The notes beneath the pieces are model-generated. The model was not told the DNA's origin, made no database searches, and worked only from the letters and a program-made list of their open reading frames with translations. DNA of 64,000 nucleotides, taken from assembly GCA_045586685.1 (NCBI GenBank), contig JAZNAU010000042.1, positions 7,822 through 71,821 of the forward strand, in the 5' to 3' direction. The position numbers and the translations under genes were made by a program. The stretch is from Clostridia bacterium. Lineage in GTDB: Bacteria; Bacillota; Clostridia; HGM11514. Below are positions 40,444 to 49,751 of this stretch, one piece after another (position 1 is the first letter of the stretch; the number at the start of each line of letters is the position of its first letter).

Positions 40444-43224
40444 TTAATCTGCCAGATTATCCCGACAACGCTGACACAAATGATCTTCTCCCACTGTGGT
40501 AGAGTACATCCAGCAACGTTCGCACTTTTCACCTTCCGCAACGGTGACTGTTATCCACAAGTTTTCTGTTTGCTCAGCTTTCCCTTCCGTTCCTGCCTCG
40601 TTAATCAACTCTACTGCGGAAACAATCAGCAAGCCCGAAAGCTTATCTTCATAGTCTTTCAATAATTGATAGGTTTCATCTGTCGCCTTCAGGGTTACTT
40701 TTGCACCCAGAGAATGACCGATTACTTTTGCCGCTCTGGCTTCTTCCAATACTTTCGACACATCGGAACGAATGGTCAGCAAAGCCTCAAACCGATTCAT
40801 CAATGCATCATCACAATATTCAGGATTCATCTTCGGCATTTCATTCAACAGAATACTTTCTGTTTCCACACCCTCATGATGTGGCATAAAGCTCCAGATT
40901 TCTTCAGAAGTGAACGCCAGAATGGGAGCAAGCAACCGAACCAAAGAATCTAAAATCAGATACATGGCAGACTGGGTACTTCTTCTTGCCTTAGAATCCG
41001 CTTTTTCGGTATACAATCTGTCTTTTAAAACATCCAAATAGAAGTTACTCATCTCTACCACGCAGAAATTATGAACACTGTGGTAAATAATATGATAATC
41101 AAAGTTCTCATATGCTTGAACAACCCGCTCTACAAGACGATTCAAGGTAATCATTGCCCAACGGTCAATTTCTGTCATATCAGCAAAGCTTACCAAATCC
41201 TGATTGGGATCAAAGTCACTCAAGTTGCCCAGCATAAATTTTGCTGTATTTCTGATTTTACGATACACCTCGGACATCTGCTTTAAGATTTCCTTGGATA
41301 CACGGATATCAGAACGATAATCGGAAGATGCAACCCACAAACGCAAGATATCCACCCCGTAATCCTTCACCAATTCCATAGGATCTAAGCCATTGCCCAA
41401 GGATTTAGACATCTTCTTTCCTTCCCCGTCTACAACCATACCATGAGTCAACACCGTTTTGTAGGGTGCTTTTCCCGTTACAGCAACAGAAGTAAGCAAT
41501 GATGATTGGAACCAACCGCGGTACTGGTCATTTCCTTCCAGATAGATATCCGCAGGCCACTGCAAATCAGGGCGTTGTTCCAATACGGACATATGAGAAG
41601 AACCGGAGTCAAACCATACATCCATAATATCTGTTTCTTTATCAAATTGTTCACAACCGCACTCGGGACATTTGGTATTAGCAGGCAAAATTTCATTTGC
41701 TTCCATTTCGTACCAAGCACCGGAGCCTTTTTGTGCAAACAAATCACGAACTGCACCGATTGTTTCGTCGGTAATCAGCTCTTTGCCACAATCCTTACAA
41801 TAGAAGATAGGCAAGGGAACGCCCCACAAACGCTGTCTGGAAATACACCAGTCAGAACGGTCTTTTACCATGTTGGTAATTCTCTCCTGTCCCCATGCAG
41901 GAACCCATTTCACACTATTGATGGCATTGATGGCATCTTCTTTGATGGCATCTACGGATGCAAACCATTGCTCGGTTGCACGGAAAATAATCGGGTCCTT
42001 ACATCTCCAGCAGTGAGGATATTGGTGAACAATAGGTTCAACTGCAAGCAACAGATTGCTTTCTTTTAAGGTTTCGGCAATCACCTTGTTTGCCTTTGCA
42101 TAATACAGTCCTGCAAAAGGACCTGCTTCTTCGTTCAAAACACCCTTATCGTCAACGGGAACAATGGTAGGAAGTTTATAAGCCTGACACACGTTAAAGT
42201 CATCTGCACCAAGACCGGGAGCAGTATGAACACAGCCTGTACCAGCATCTAAGGTAACGTGTTCCCCTGTAATAATCAAGGATTCACGGTCCAAGAAGGG
42301 ATGGGCACACTTCATCAACTCCAACTCTTCCCCCCGGAATGTTGCCACTTCTTCATAATCACTTAAGCTGATTTTCGATGCAACAGTTTCAACCAAATCC
42401 TTTGCCATAATATAATATTCATTACCAACTTTCAGCAAGGAATATTCAAAACGGGGATTCAGAGAAATAGACACGTTACCCGGCAAAGTCCAGGTGGTGG
42501 TGGTCCAAATCACAAAATATACATTGTCCAATCCGCCCGTCACAGGAGATAGTTTCCCCAAATCGTCCTTTACAGGGAATTTTACATAAATGGAATCTGT
42601 CCCGTCTTCCTTATATTCAATTTCAGCTTCTGCTAATGCAGTTTCACAAGTTGGGCACCAGTAAACAGGCTTTAATCCCTTATAAAGCAAGCCTTTTTTT
42701 GCCATAGCACCGAACACTTCAATTTCCTTGGCTTCAAATTCCGGTTGCAGGGTAATATATTCGTTATTCCAATCACCCAATACACCCAGGCGACGGAACT
42801 GCTCCTTCTGATTGTTCACATATTTCATAGCAAAGTCATGACAAATCTGACGGAACTTAACGGGGCCTGCCTCAGCACGGTTCACCCCCAATTTCTTAAT
42901 CGCCTGCTGTTCGATGGGAAGACCATGAGTATCCCAGCCGTGAATCATAGGAGTACGAAATCCTGTCATATTTTTATATTTAATGACAAAATCCTTCAGA
43001 ATTTTGTTCAAGGTATGCCCCATATGAATATCACCATTGGCAAAAGGAGGCCCATCATGCAAAATATACATGGGACTATCCGCCTTTTTCTCCAACAATT
43101 TTCGATACAAATCTTTTTCTTCCCAAACTTTCAGCATTTCAGGCTCACGCTTAGGAAGGTTCGCCCGCATAGGGAACTCGCTGTTTGGTAAGTTCAGCGT
43201 GCTGCTGTAATCTACCTTCTCCAT
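40444..43224 (-). CDS. ileS: isoleucine--tRNA ligase
   Basis: 926 aa with HMGH and KMSKS motifs, plus a C-terminal zinc-binding Cys cluster. Confidence 0.97.
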   Translation of the reverse strand: MEKVDYSSTLNLPNSEFPMRANLPKREPEMLKVWEEKDLYRKLLEKKADSPMYILHDGPPFANGDIHMGHTLNKILKDFVIKYKNMTGFRTPMIHGWDTHGLPIEQQAIKKLGVNRAEAGPVKFRQICHDFAMKYVNNQKEQFRRLGVLGDWNNEYITLQPEFEAKEIEVFGAMAKKGLLYKGLKPVYWCPTCETALAEAEIEYKEDGTDSIYVKFPVKDDLGKLSPVTGGLDNVYFVIWTTTTWTLPGNVSISLNPRFEYSLLKVGNEYYIMAKDLVETVASKISLSDYEEVATFRGEELELMKCAHPFLDRESLIITGEHVTLDAGTGCVHTAPGLGADDFNVCQAYKLPTIVPVDDKGVLNEEAGPFAGLYYAKANKVIAETLKESNLLLAVEPIVHQYPHCWRCKDPIIFRATEQWFASVDAIKEDAINAINSVKWVPAWGQERITNMVKDRSDWCISRQRLWGVPLPIFYCKDCGKELITDETIGAVRDLFAQKGSGAWYEMEANEILPANTKCPECGCEQFDKETDIMDVWFDSGSSHMSVLEQRPDLQWPADIYLEGNDQYRGWFQSSLLTSVAVTGKAPYKTVLTHGMVVDGEGKKMSKSLGNGLDPMELVKDYGVDILRLWVASSDYRSDIRVSKEILKQMSEVYRKIRNTAKFMLGNLSDFDPNQDLVSFADMTEIDRWAMITLNRLVERVVQAYENFDYHIIYHSVHNFCVVEMSNFYLDVLKDRLYTEKADSKARRSTQSAMYLILDSLVRLLAPILAFTSEEIWSFMPHHEGVETESILLNEMPKMNPEYCDDALMNRFEALLTIRSDVSKVLEEARAAKVIGHSLGAKVTLKATDETYQLLKDYEDKLSGLLIVSAVELINEAGTEGKAEQTENLWITVTVAEGEKCERCWMYSTTVGEDHLCQRCRDNLAD

Positions 43225-43261
43225 TGTTTTTCACCTCATTTGTCTATTTTCACTGCAACAT

Positions 43262-44029
43262 TTACAGTAAACGTTTTGCTTTTATATAAGTTCTGCCTTT
43301 TCGGCTTAAACCACCAATTTCACTTAATTCTGAACGACCCATTCCCCGAAGAGATATCACATCTCCCGTATGCAGTTCTGCACTCGGGCTCGTCCATTCC
43401 TCCCAGTTCACCATCACACGCCCGGAGGCAATAGCCTCCTGTGCTTTTCCTCTGGGCAGGGAATAAACAGCTGCGATAATGCAGTCTGCCCGCAGGGATG
43501 CAACCGTATCTGTTAGTTCAAGAAACTTTTTTGGAGGAATTATTACCTGTTCTACAGGGATTTCCTCAGGTTTTACAGAATATCTGCCTATGGTTCGAAT
43601 TTCCTGAAGTAAAAAGTCCACCAATGCTGTATCACAAAAAACAGTGGCTCTTTTTTCAGTTACCAAAATATCGCCTGTTTTAGAACGGTCAATCCCTAAA
43701 TTCATCAATGCCCCCAGTACATCCCGATGGCTGACCTCCCACAGAGACGAAGAAGTCAATTCCACCGCACTGACCGGAAACCAACTGCCCTCTGCATCCT
43801 TCTCGCCAAAAGAAACCATGCATCGCTCCGCTTCCTCATATCCACCCCATAAAACCGGCTCGCAATCACCAAACCACTGTCCGATTTTACGGCATTTGCC
43901 CGGATCTAAAAAAAATCCGGAGGGTTTCCAACCTCCCCTTGCTCCTTTCGCAAGTTCAAAAAGTCTGGAAACCAAAATTTTATCTTCTTCCAAAGACACC
44001 TGTTGCAACAATCTCTTTTTTTCTATCAT
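43262..44029 (-). CDS. ylmH: YlmH-like S4 RNA-binding protein
   Basis: 255 aa with a C-terminal S4 domain. It sits in the ylmE-sepF-ylmG-ylmH cluster. Confidence 0.8.
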   Translation of the reverse strand: MIEKKRLLQQVSLEEDKILVSRLFELAKGARGGWKPSGFFLDPGKCRKIGQWFGDCEPVLWGGYEEAERCMVSFGEKDAEGSWFPVSAVELTSSSLWEVSHRDVLGALMNLGIDRSKTGDILVTEKRATVFCDTALVDFLLQEIRTIGRYSVKPEEIPVEQVIIPPKKFLELTDTVASLRADCIIAAVYSLPRGKAQEAIASGRVMVNWEEWTSPSAELHTGDVISLRGMGRSELSEIGGLSRKGRTYIKAKRLL

Positions 44030-44316
44030 AGTAATATCCGAATCAACAAAATAAGTACCGATTCACACAAATCAGCCAGCAATATGACCACCAGAAAGGA
44101 CCAATCAAATATTCCCGGTAAGGAAAATCGTTCCTCTAAAAACTTTCTTACAGGGCTAAGAACCGGCTCTGTTACCGTCATAATCCATCTATATAAAGGA
44201 TGCCCCTCATCCAACGGACGAAAACTAAGCAATATCCGTCCAATCAAGAGTAAATTAAATAAAGATATGATGATCCTTATGATACTGATTAAGATAGCGG
44301 AAATCAAAGCGACCAA
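44026..44316 (-). CDS. YggT family membrane protein (YlmG)
   Basis: 96 aa, two TM, YggT family. Confidence 0.8.
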   Translation of the reverse strand: MVALISAILISIIRIIISLFNLLLIGRILLSFRPLDEGHPLYRWIMTVTEPVLSPVRKFLEERFSLPGIFDWSFLVVILLADLCESVLILLIRILL

Positions 44317-44747
44317 CCGCCTCTTTTCAATTCATCCTTAAAATCTCCTAAAATACTTACGTTATAAGGAGTTGCAAGAAAAATGCCATTTGCAATCTTT
44401 TGGATGCTTCCTCCCAGGGCATATACTGCTCCGCTCAAGAAATCAACCATTCTTCTGGATAAATCCTTGGGAAGAGTTTCCAGATTGATCACAACCGGAT
44501 TTTTCGTTTTCAAATAATCAGCAACATCTCTTGCCTCATCAAAGCTCATGGGGGACATTACCACAACCTTTAACTGGGCAGTTGTGTGAATATTAACCAC
44601 TTTGCTTCTTTTGTCCAAAGGATTGACTGTCTTGGTTCTGGTATCACTTACAGCTACCGACTCATTCTCAAGTTCAAATACTTCCTCTTCGTCCAAGGTG
44701 TCAAACCCAACAAATTCCATAATCTGCTTTACAATTTTTGGCATCAT
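44304..44747 (-). CDS. sepF: cell division protein SepF
   Basis: 147 aa with the SepF C-terminal domain (VVINLETL...). Confidence 0.9.
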   Translation of the reverse strand: MMPKIVKQIMEFVGFDTLDEEEVFELENESVAVSDTRTKTVNPLDKRSKVVNIHTTAQLKVVVMSPMSFDEARDVADYLKTKNPVVINLETLPKDLSRRMVDFLSGAVYALGGSIQKIANGIFLATPYNVSILGDFKDELKRGGWSL

Positions 44748-44779
44748 TTTTTCTTCCTCCTAATGGTTTCTTTTTATAA

Positions 44780-45496
44780 TTACTGCATCTGTGCAGCATA
44801 AATTCTTTGACCGAAAATAGAAGTTCCTACCCGTACGTGAGTGGCACCTTCTTCAATGGCAGCTACATAATCACCGCTCATCCCCATGGACAAAACATCC
44901 ATACTTATATTATCGTACTTTTTTTGTTCAATGTCAAGAGCCAAATGTTTCAACTTTGCAAAATAAGGCTTATTTTCTTCCGGATTACTTACAGGTGGCG
45001 GAACTGTCATCAAGCCGCAAATCTGAATTTTTCGTTTTCCTGCGGCAATTTCCAAAAATCGTTCCACTTCATCAGGGGAAATTCCAAATTTGCTGGTTTC
45101 TCCCGAAACATTGACCTGCAATAAACATTTAACGGTACAATTCTGAATTTCCGCTTCCTTTTCCAGTGCTTCCAGCAAATGAACACTGTCAACGGAATGA
45201 ATCAAGTCGGCATAAGGCAACACTTGTCTGATTTTATTGGTCTGCAAATGACCAATCAGATGCCAGGAAATTTCTCTGTCAATTTCTTGCCGTTTTCGGC
45301 ATAACTCCTGTACGCGATTCTCTCCCACTGTTGTAATTCCACAATCCAATGCCTGTAAAATAGTGGGTACCTCCACCGTTTTTGTCACAGCAACCAAGGT
45401 GATTTCTTCCTGCTTTCTGCCACTTTTTTCTGCTGCGGATTTGATATTATGCTTTACTTGTTCAATTCGTTCCAAAATCTCATTTTTTTCTGTCAT
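44780..45496 (-). CDS. YggS family pyridoxal-phosphate homeostasis protein (YlmE)
   Basis: 238 aa alanine-racemase-fold protein. The PLP lysine lies in VAVTKT. Confidence 0.9.
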   Translation of the reverse strand: MTEKNEILERIEQVKHNIKSAAEKSGRKQEEITLVAVTKTVEVPTILQALDCGITTVGENRVQELCRKRQEIDREISWHLIGHLQTNKIRQVLPYADLIHSVDSVHLLEALEKEAEIQNCTVKCLLQVNVSGETSKFGISPDEVERFLEIAAGKRKIQICGLMTVPPPVSNPEENKPYFAKLKHLALDIEQKKYDNISMDVLSMGMSGDYVAAIEEGATHVRVGTSIFGQRIYAAQMQ

Positions 45497-46710
45497 CGCA
45501 GCAATTCTCCTTCTTTTATGTTGCTTGTCCTTTCATTGATAATTTCGTCATACAGTTTCACCTGATTGGTTGGCGTCTGCTCAGAACTGATAATGACCGT
45601 TTCATCCGTTCCGAATAAAATATCCACAGGACAGAATACAGCAACACCGCCCTTGATTACATAGACACCGGATACATCATCCTTCACTCGAACCGCTGAA
45701 CGGGAAAAACAACTGCCCGTATACCGCTGTTTGATCAATTCAACCTTTAGTTTTCTGTTATTCAGTGTTGCTTTTACATCTGTCATACAACTGACCGAAA
45801 CACAAACCTCACCATTTTGTTCCTGAGAAACAGTAGCAATTTTTGCCGGGATTCTTTCGTTAGGATCACCGCTGAACCGCAAGTAAACAGTATCTCCTAC
45901 TTTTAAGGTGTCTAACTGCTGTACTGTCAGATTAAACAAAAAATACCACTTATAATTATTGACAATCTTCGCCACAGGCTGAGCAGAAAATTCATCTTCC
46001 GGATGGGAAATTTCTGTTTCCAATAAAGTGTCCACATCCTTCGGCATCAGACTTCTCAGATTGGTAGTACCGATCCGAGCTTCAAATCCGTCTGTCAGAT
46101 AAGTAAAAACACCTGCCTGACGGGCATATAAATCTTCACTACGCAAGCCTGTTTCCAACTCTCTTTTTTCGGAATAAAGCTGATAAAGCTTGCTGGCTTC
46201 TTCCGTTTGCTTTCCTTCCAGAATCAGTCTTTTGCTGTGAAGCTGGGTTATTTCACTTTGAATCCGGGAAATCTGTTTCCCATCACAACCAATGGAGGCA
46301 TCTACCATTTCCTCTACCAATGAAGCAATACGGGTATTGATTTTTTCAGGATCATTCATTCCGTTTTCAAACATTTCTTCTTTTTCTTCCAACTGATTGA
46401 TTTCCTGATTGATCTGTTTCAGGCGGGCGGTTGTTTCAGAAGTCATTTCTCCAAAATACACCGTTCCCAACTGTTCACCCGTGTTAACACGGGTTCCGTC
46501 ACTGTGAGGGCTTTCAAATATTCCGCCCTCTGCAGACGTATAAACCCATTCCTCGCGCACCACAATTCCTTCTACCTGTACCGAATTTTCTAGAACACCC
46601 TGACGAACCAGTTCAGTACTGGTGGGACTGCTGGTTACGGAAATGATGGTAAAGGCTGCAACATATACCACTGCCAATATGATAACTGCAACTGTAACAG
46701 TCTTTTTCAT
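45493..46710 (-). CDS. HlyD-family periplasmic adaptor-like membrane protein
   Basis: N-terminal TM, a biotinyl/lipoyl-like barrel, a long coiled coil and a C-terminal beta-barrel. Confidence 0.55.
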   Translation of the reverse strand: MKKTVTVAVIILAVVYVAAFTIISVTSSPTSTELVRQGVLENSVQVEGIVVREEWVYTSAEGGIFESPHSDGTRVNTGEQLGTVYFGEMTSETTARLKQINQEINQLEEKEEMFENGMNDPEKINTRIASLVEEMVDASIGCDGKQISRIQSEITQLHSKRLILEGKQTEEASKLYQLYSEKRELETGLRSEDLYARQAGVFTYLTDGFEARIGTTNLRSLMPKDVDTLLETEISHPEDEFSAQPVAKIVNNYKWYFLFNLTVQQLDTLKVGDTVYLRFSGDPNERIPAKIATVSQEQNGEVCVSVSCMTDVKATLNNRKLKVELIKQRYTGSCFSRSAVRVKDDVSGVYVIKGGVAVFCPVDILFGTDETVIISSEQTPTNQVKLYDEIINERTSNIKEGELLR

Positions 46711-46713
46711 ATC

Positions 46714-46956
46714 TTATTTTTCCGCATCCTCTCCTGTCATAATGTTGACGGGCTTTGCGGGGATAATCGTAGAAATTGCATGCTTATACACAAGTTGTTG
46801 TTTTCCCTCCACATCTAAAATGACAATATAATTATCAAAACCTCTTACTGCTCCCTTAAACTGAAAACCATTTGTCAGATAAATAGTAACAAATACATGT
46901 TCCTTTCTGCATTGGTTTAAAAATACATCCTGCAGATTCAATGTTTGTTTTGTCAA
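46714..46956 (-). CDS. hfq: RNA chaperone Hfq
   Basis: 80 aa with the Sm1/Sm2 motifs ([37 protein letters not shown]). Confidence 0.95.
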   Translation of the reverse strand: MTKQTLNLQDVFLNQCRKEHVFVTIYLTNGFQFKGAVRGFDNYIVILDVEGKQQLVYKHAISTIIPAKPVNIMTGEDAEK

Positions 46957-46968
46957 ACTACATTCCTC

Positions 46969-47904
46969 CTATATTTTCATCAATTCACGAAAGCCCTGTA
47001 AGCTTTCTATTTCGTCCGCTACCTCTGCCGTTGAACGGGCGGTAGCATCCACCCATACCATTCTTGAATCGGCTCTGAAAAAAGTCATCTGCCGTTTTGC
47101 ATATCTTCGGGTCGCCTGACGGATTTCGTCTGCCGCTTCAGATAGAGTCATATTCCCCTTAAAATACTGCTCCATTTCTTTATAACCAATGCTTTGAAAA
47201 GAAGTGCCTTCCATTTTTTTAAGCAAGGAAGCAACTTCTCCTTCCAATCCTTCCTCCAACATCTTGTCCACCCGACGGTTAATCCGTTCATAGAGTTTTT
47301 CACGATCAACCATAAGTCCTACCCGTAAGGTAGTATAAGGAGATGGACGGGAAGCCGCTTTTTTCTGATGCTGGGTCATGGTAATTCCTGTAACGTGATA
47401 GACCTCTAAAGCACGAATAATTCTTTTTTCATCATTGGGATGAATCCGTTTGGCAGACTCAGGGTCAATAGTATTTAATTCGCTGTGAAGCACAGCACTT
47501 CCTTCTTTTTTTGCTCGTTTTTGCAAACTTTCCCGAAATGTTTCATCCGACTGACCTTCAGAGAAATCCAGATAATCTGTCACAGCCCTGAGATACAGTC
47601 CTGTTCCTCCGGCTAAAATGGGTAGTTTTCCTCTGCCGGCAATTTCCCTAATCGCGCAATCTGCACGTTTTGCATACTCTGCTACAGAAAAATTTTCATT
47701 AGGTTCTGCCACATCCAGAAGATGATGAGGAATCCCTCTCATTTCTTCCTGAGTAGGTTTTGCGGTTCCAATATCCATATAACGGTAAATCTGCATAGAA
47801 TCGGCTGAAACCACCTCTCCCCCGTGTCGGACCGCTAATTCAACCGCAACCGCAGTTTTGCCCGATGCGGTGGGTCCTGCTATCATCAGCAATGGCTGTT
47901 TCAT
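46969..47904 (-). CDS. miaA: tRNA dimethylallyltransferase
   Basis: P-loop GPTASGKT followed by SADSMQIYR. Confidence 0.95.
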   Translation of the reverse strand: MKQPLLMIAGPTASGKTAVAVELAVRHGGEVVSADSMQIYRYMDIGTAKPTQEEMRGIPHHLLDVAEPNENFSVAEYAKRADCAIREIAGRGKLPILAGGTGLYLRAVTDYLDFSEGQSDETFRESLQKRAKKEGSAVLHSELNTIDPESAKRIHPNDEKRIIRALEVYHVTGITMTQHQKKAASRPSPYTTLRVGLMVDREKLYERINRRVDKMLEEGLEGEVASLLKKMEGTSFQSIGYKEMEQYFKGNMTLSEAADEIRQATRRYAKRQMTFFRADSRMVWVDATARSTAEVADEIESLQGFRELMKI

Positions 47905-47907
47905 TGG

Positions 47908-49734
47908 CTACACTATCCTTTTAAATTGCTTTTCAATCATCGTTTTAGTCATGGTAATCACAATCGGTCTTCCGTGAGGGCAAGTAGAAGGCAATGCCAT
48001 CACTTCCTTCACCATCTGCTCCATTTCTCTGGGGTGCAGATGGTGATTCGCTTTTACTGCTTTATGACAAGCAATAGAATATAACAATTCACTTTCTGTC
48101 GCCCCACGATCTCCTGCATTTTTCATAGCATGGTAGGTTTCCCAAAAGAGTTTTTCTGCATCCTGCCCCTCCTGACTTACGGGAGCCCCTGTCATACGAT
48201 AAGCGTGATCACCAAATTCCTCCAGTTCAAATCCTACAGAAGCAAGAAGAGACAGTTGTTCTTGCACCGCTGTAAAATCCGACGCTGTCATATCCAACAC
48301 TACAGGCATCAACAAAGTCTGAGAAATCGGCTTATCTGATTTTCTCTGCCGTAACAATTCTTCAAACAAAAACCGTTCATGGGCGGCATGCTGATCAATC
48401 AGCAGCATTTCGTCGCCCCGTTCCGCCACAATATAGGACTTAAACAACTGCCCTACAATACGGAGTTCCTCGGTTTTTTCTATCATTTCTTCAATGGGTT
48501 TTTCGTTTTCCGTTGCCTTTGGTTCCGATTCTGTTTTAATGGTTACAACGGGTTGCTGTAAAACAGGTTGCTCCAAGGTAAGGTTTTTGGGAAAACTCGG
48601 TTTGGGAACATCTCTTTTCATCGGCTCTGTCCACGTGGGAACAAAGCTTGGCTTTTTCTCTTCCATGGGCGGTATCAACCGTTCAGTCACAACAGACTCT
48701 TTAGGTTCTTGTTTTTGAACGGATAATTGAATTTCCGGCTGATAAGTTGCACCAAACAATGCATTTTTTACCGCCCAGTAAATCGCACTCATCACCGATT
48801 TTTCATTGGAAAACTTCACTTCAAGCTTTGCGGGATGCACATTCACATCTGTAAAAGACCGCTCCAAAGATACCATTACAACCCCAAAGGGATATTTTCC
48901 TTTCATAATGCCGTCCTGATAGGCTTGCTCCATGGTTGCCGTCATACTACGGCTCTTCACCAGTCGTCCGTTGACAAAAAAGGTCTGATAACTTCTGGTG
49001 GAACGGGCAATGGCGGGCGTTCCGCAAAAACCGGTGACTGTTACACCGTCTGCCGTATATTGAAGCTCTGCCAACTGGTCTGCATATTCTCTGCCATAAA
49101 TGGCATAAATACAATTTTTTAAATTCCCATCACCGGGGGTATGAAGTTTTTCCTTTCCGTCTGAAATGAACCGGAAAGAAATCTGCGGATTTCCCAAAGC
49201 AAGATGAATCACCACATCCTGTACTGCCGCCGCCTCTGCTGCATCCTTTTTCAAAAATTTCATTCTGGCGGGTTGGTTAAAGAATAAATCCCGCACCGTA
49301 AAGGTTGTCCCGTCAGGACAGCCCGCTTCATGAGAATCCTCCACATTTCCCGCCTTCATGCTAAGATACATTCCAAACTGCTGTTCCTTTGGTTTGGTAA
49401 ACACTTCTACATGGGATACAGCCGCAATACTTGCCAGTGCTTCTCCGCGAAAACCTAGTGTTCCGATTGCAAATAAATCTTCGGCATTTTCTATTTTACT
49501 TGTGGCATGGCGTAAAAATGCAGTGGGTAAATCGTTAGCCACAATACCGCTTCCGTCATCTGAGATTCTCAAAAAACTGATTCCGCCGTTTTTAATCTCA
49601 ACTGTAATTTTTCCGGCTCCCGCATCAATGGCATTTTCCGCCAATTCTTTTACAACGGATGCAGGACGCTCCACTACCTCTCCTGCCGCAATCATATCCG
49701 CAACCAAAGAATCCAATACTTTAATCTGAGCCAT
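47908..49734 (-). CDS. mutL: DNA mismatch repair protein MutL
   Basis: GHKL ATPase N-terminus (ELAENAIDAGA). The start was chosen at MAQIKVL behind an AGGGAGGTG RBS. Confidence 0.95.
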   Translation of the reverse strand: MAQIKVLDSLVADMIAAGEVVERPASVVKELAENAIDAGAGKITVEIKNGGISFLRISDDGSGIVANDLPTAFLRHATSKIENAEDLFAIGTLGFRGEALASIAAVSHVEVFTKPKEQQFGMYLSMKAGNVEDSHEAGCPDGTTFTVRDLFFNQPARMKFLKKDAAEAAAVQDVVIHLALGNPQISFRFISDGKEKLHTPGDGNLKNCIYAIYGREYADQLAELQYTADGVTVTGFCGTPAIARSTRSYQTFFVNGRLVKSRSMTATMEQAYQDGIMKGKYPFGVVMVSLERSFTDVNVHPAKLEVKFSNEKSVMSAIYWAVKNALFGATYQPEIQLSVQKQEPKESVVTERLIPPMEEKKPSFVPTWTEPMKRDVPKPSFPKNLTLEQPVLQQPVVTIKTESEPKATENEKPIEEMIEKTEELRIVGQLFKSYIVAERGDEMLLIDQHAAHERFLFEELLRQRKSDKPISQTLLMPVVLDMTASDFTAVQEQLSLLASVGFELEEFGDHAYRMTGAPVSQEGQDAEKLFWETYHAMKNAGDRGATESELLYSIACHKAVKANHHLHPREMEQMVKEVMALPSTCPHGRPIVITMTKTMIEKQFKRIV

Positions 49735-49751
49735 TTCCTGCACCTCCCTTT

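Noticed and set aside
43225-43261. T-box leader upstream of ileS
   Set aside because: Only 37 nt separate the ylmH stop from the ileS start, which is too short for a T-box. ileS appears co-transcribed with the division cluster.
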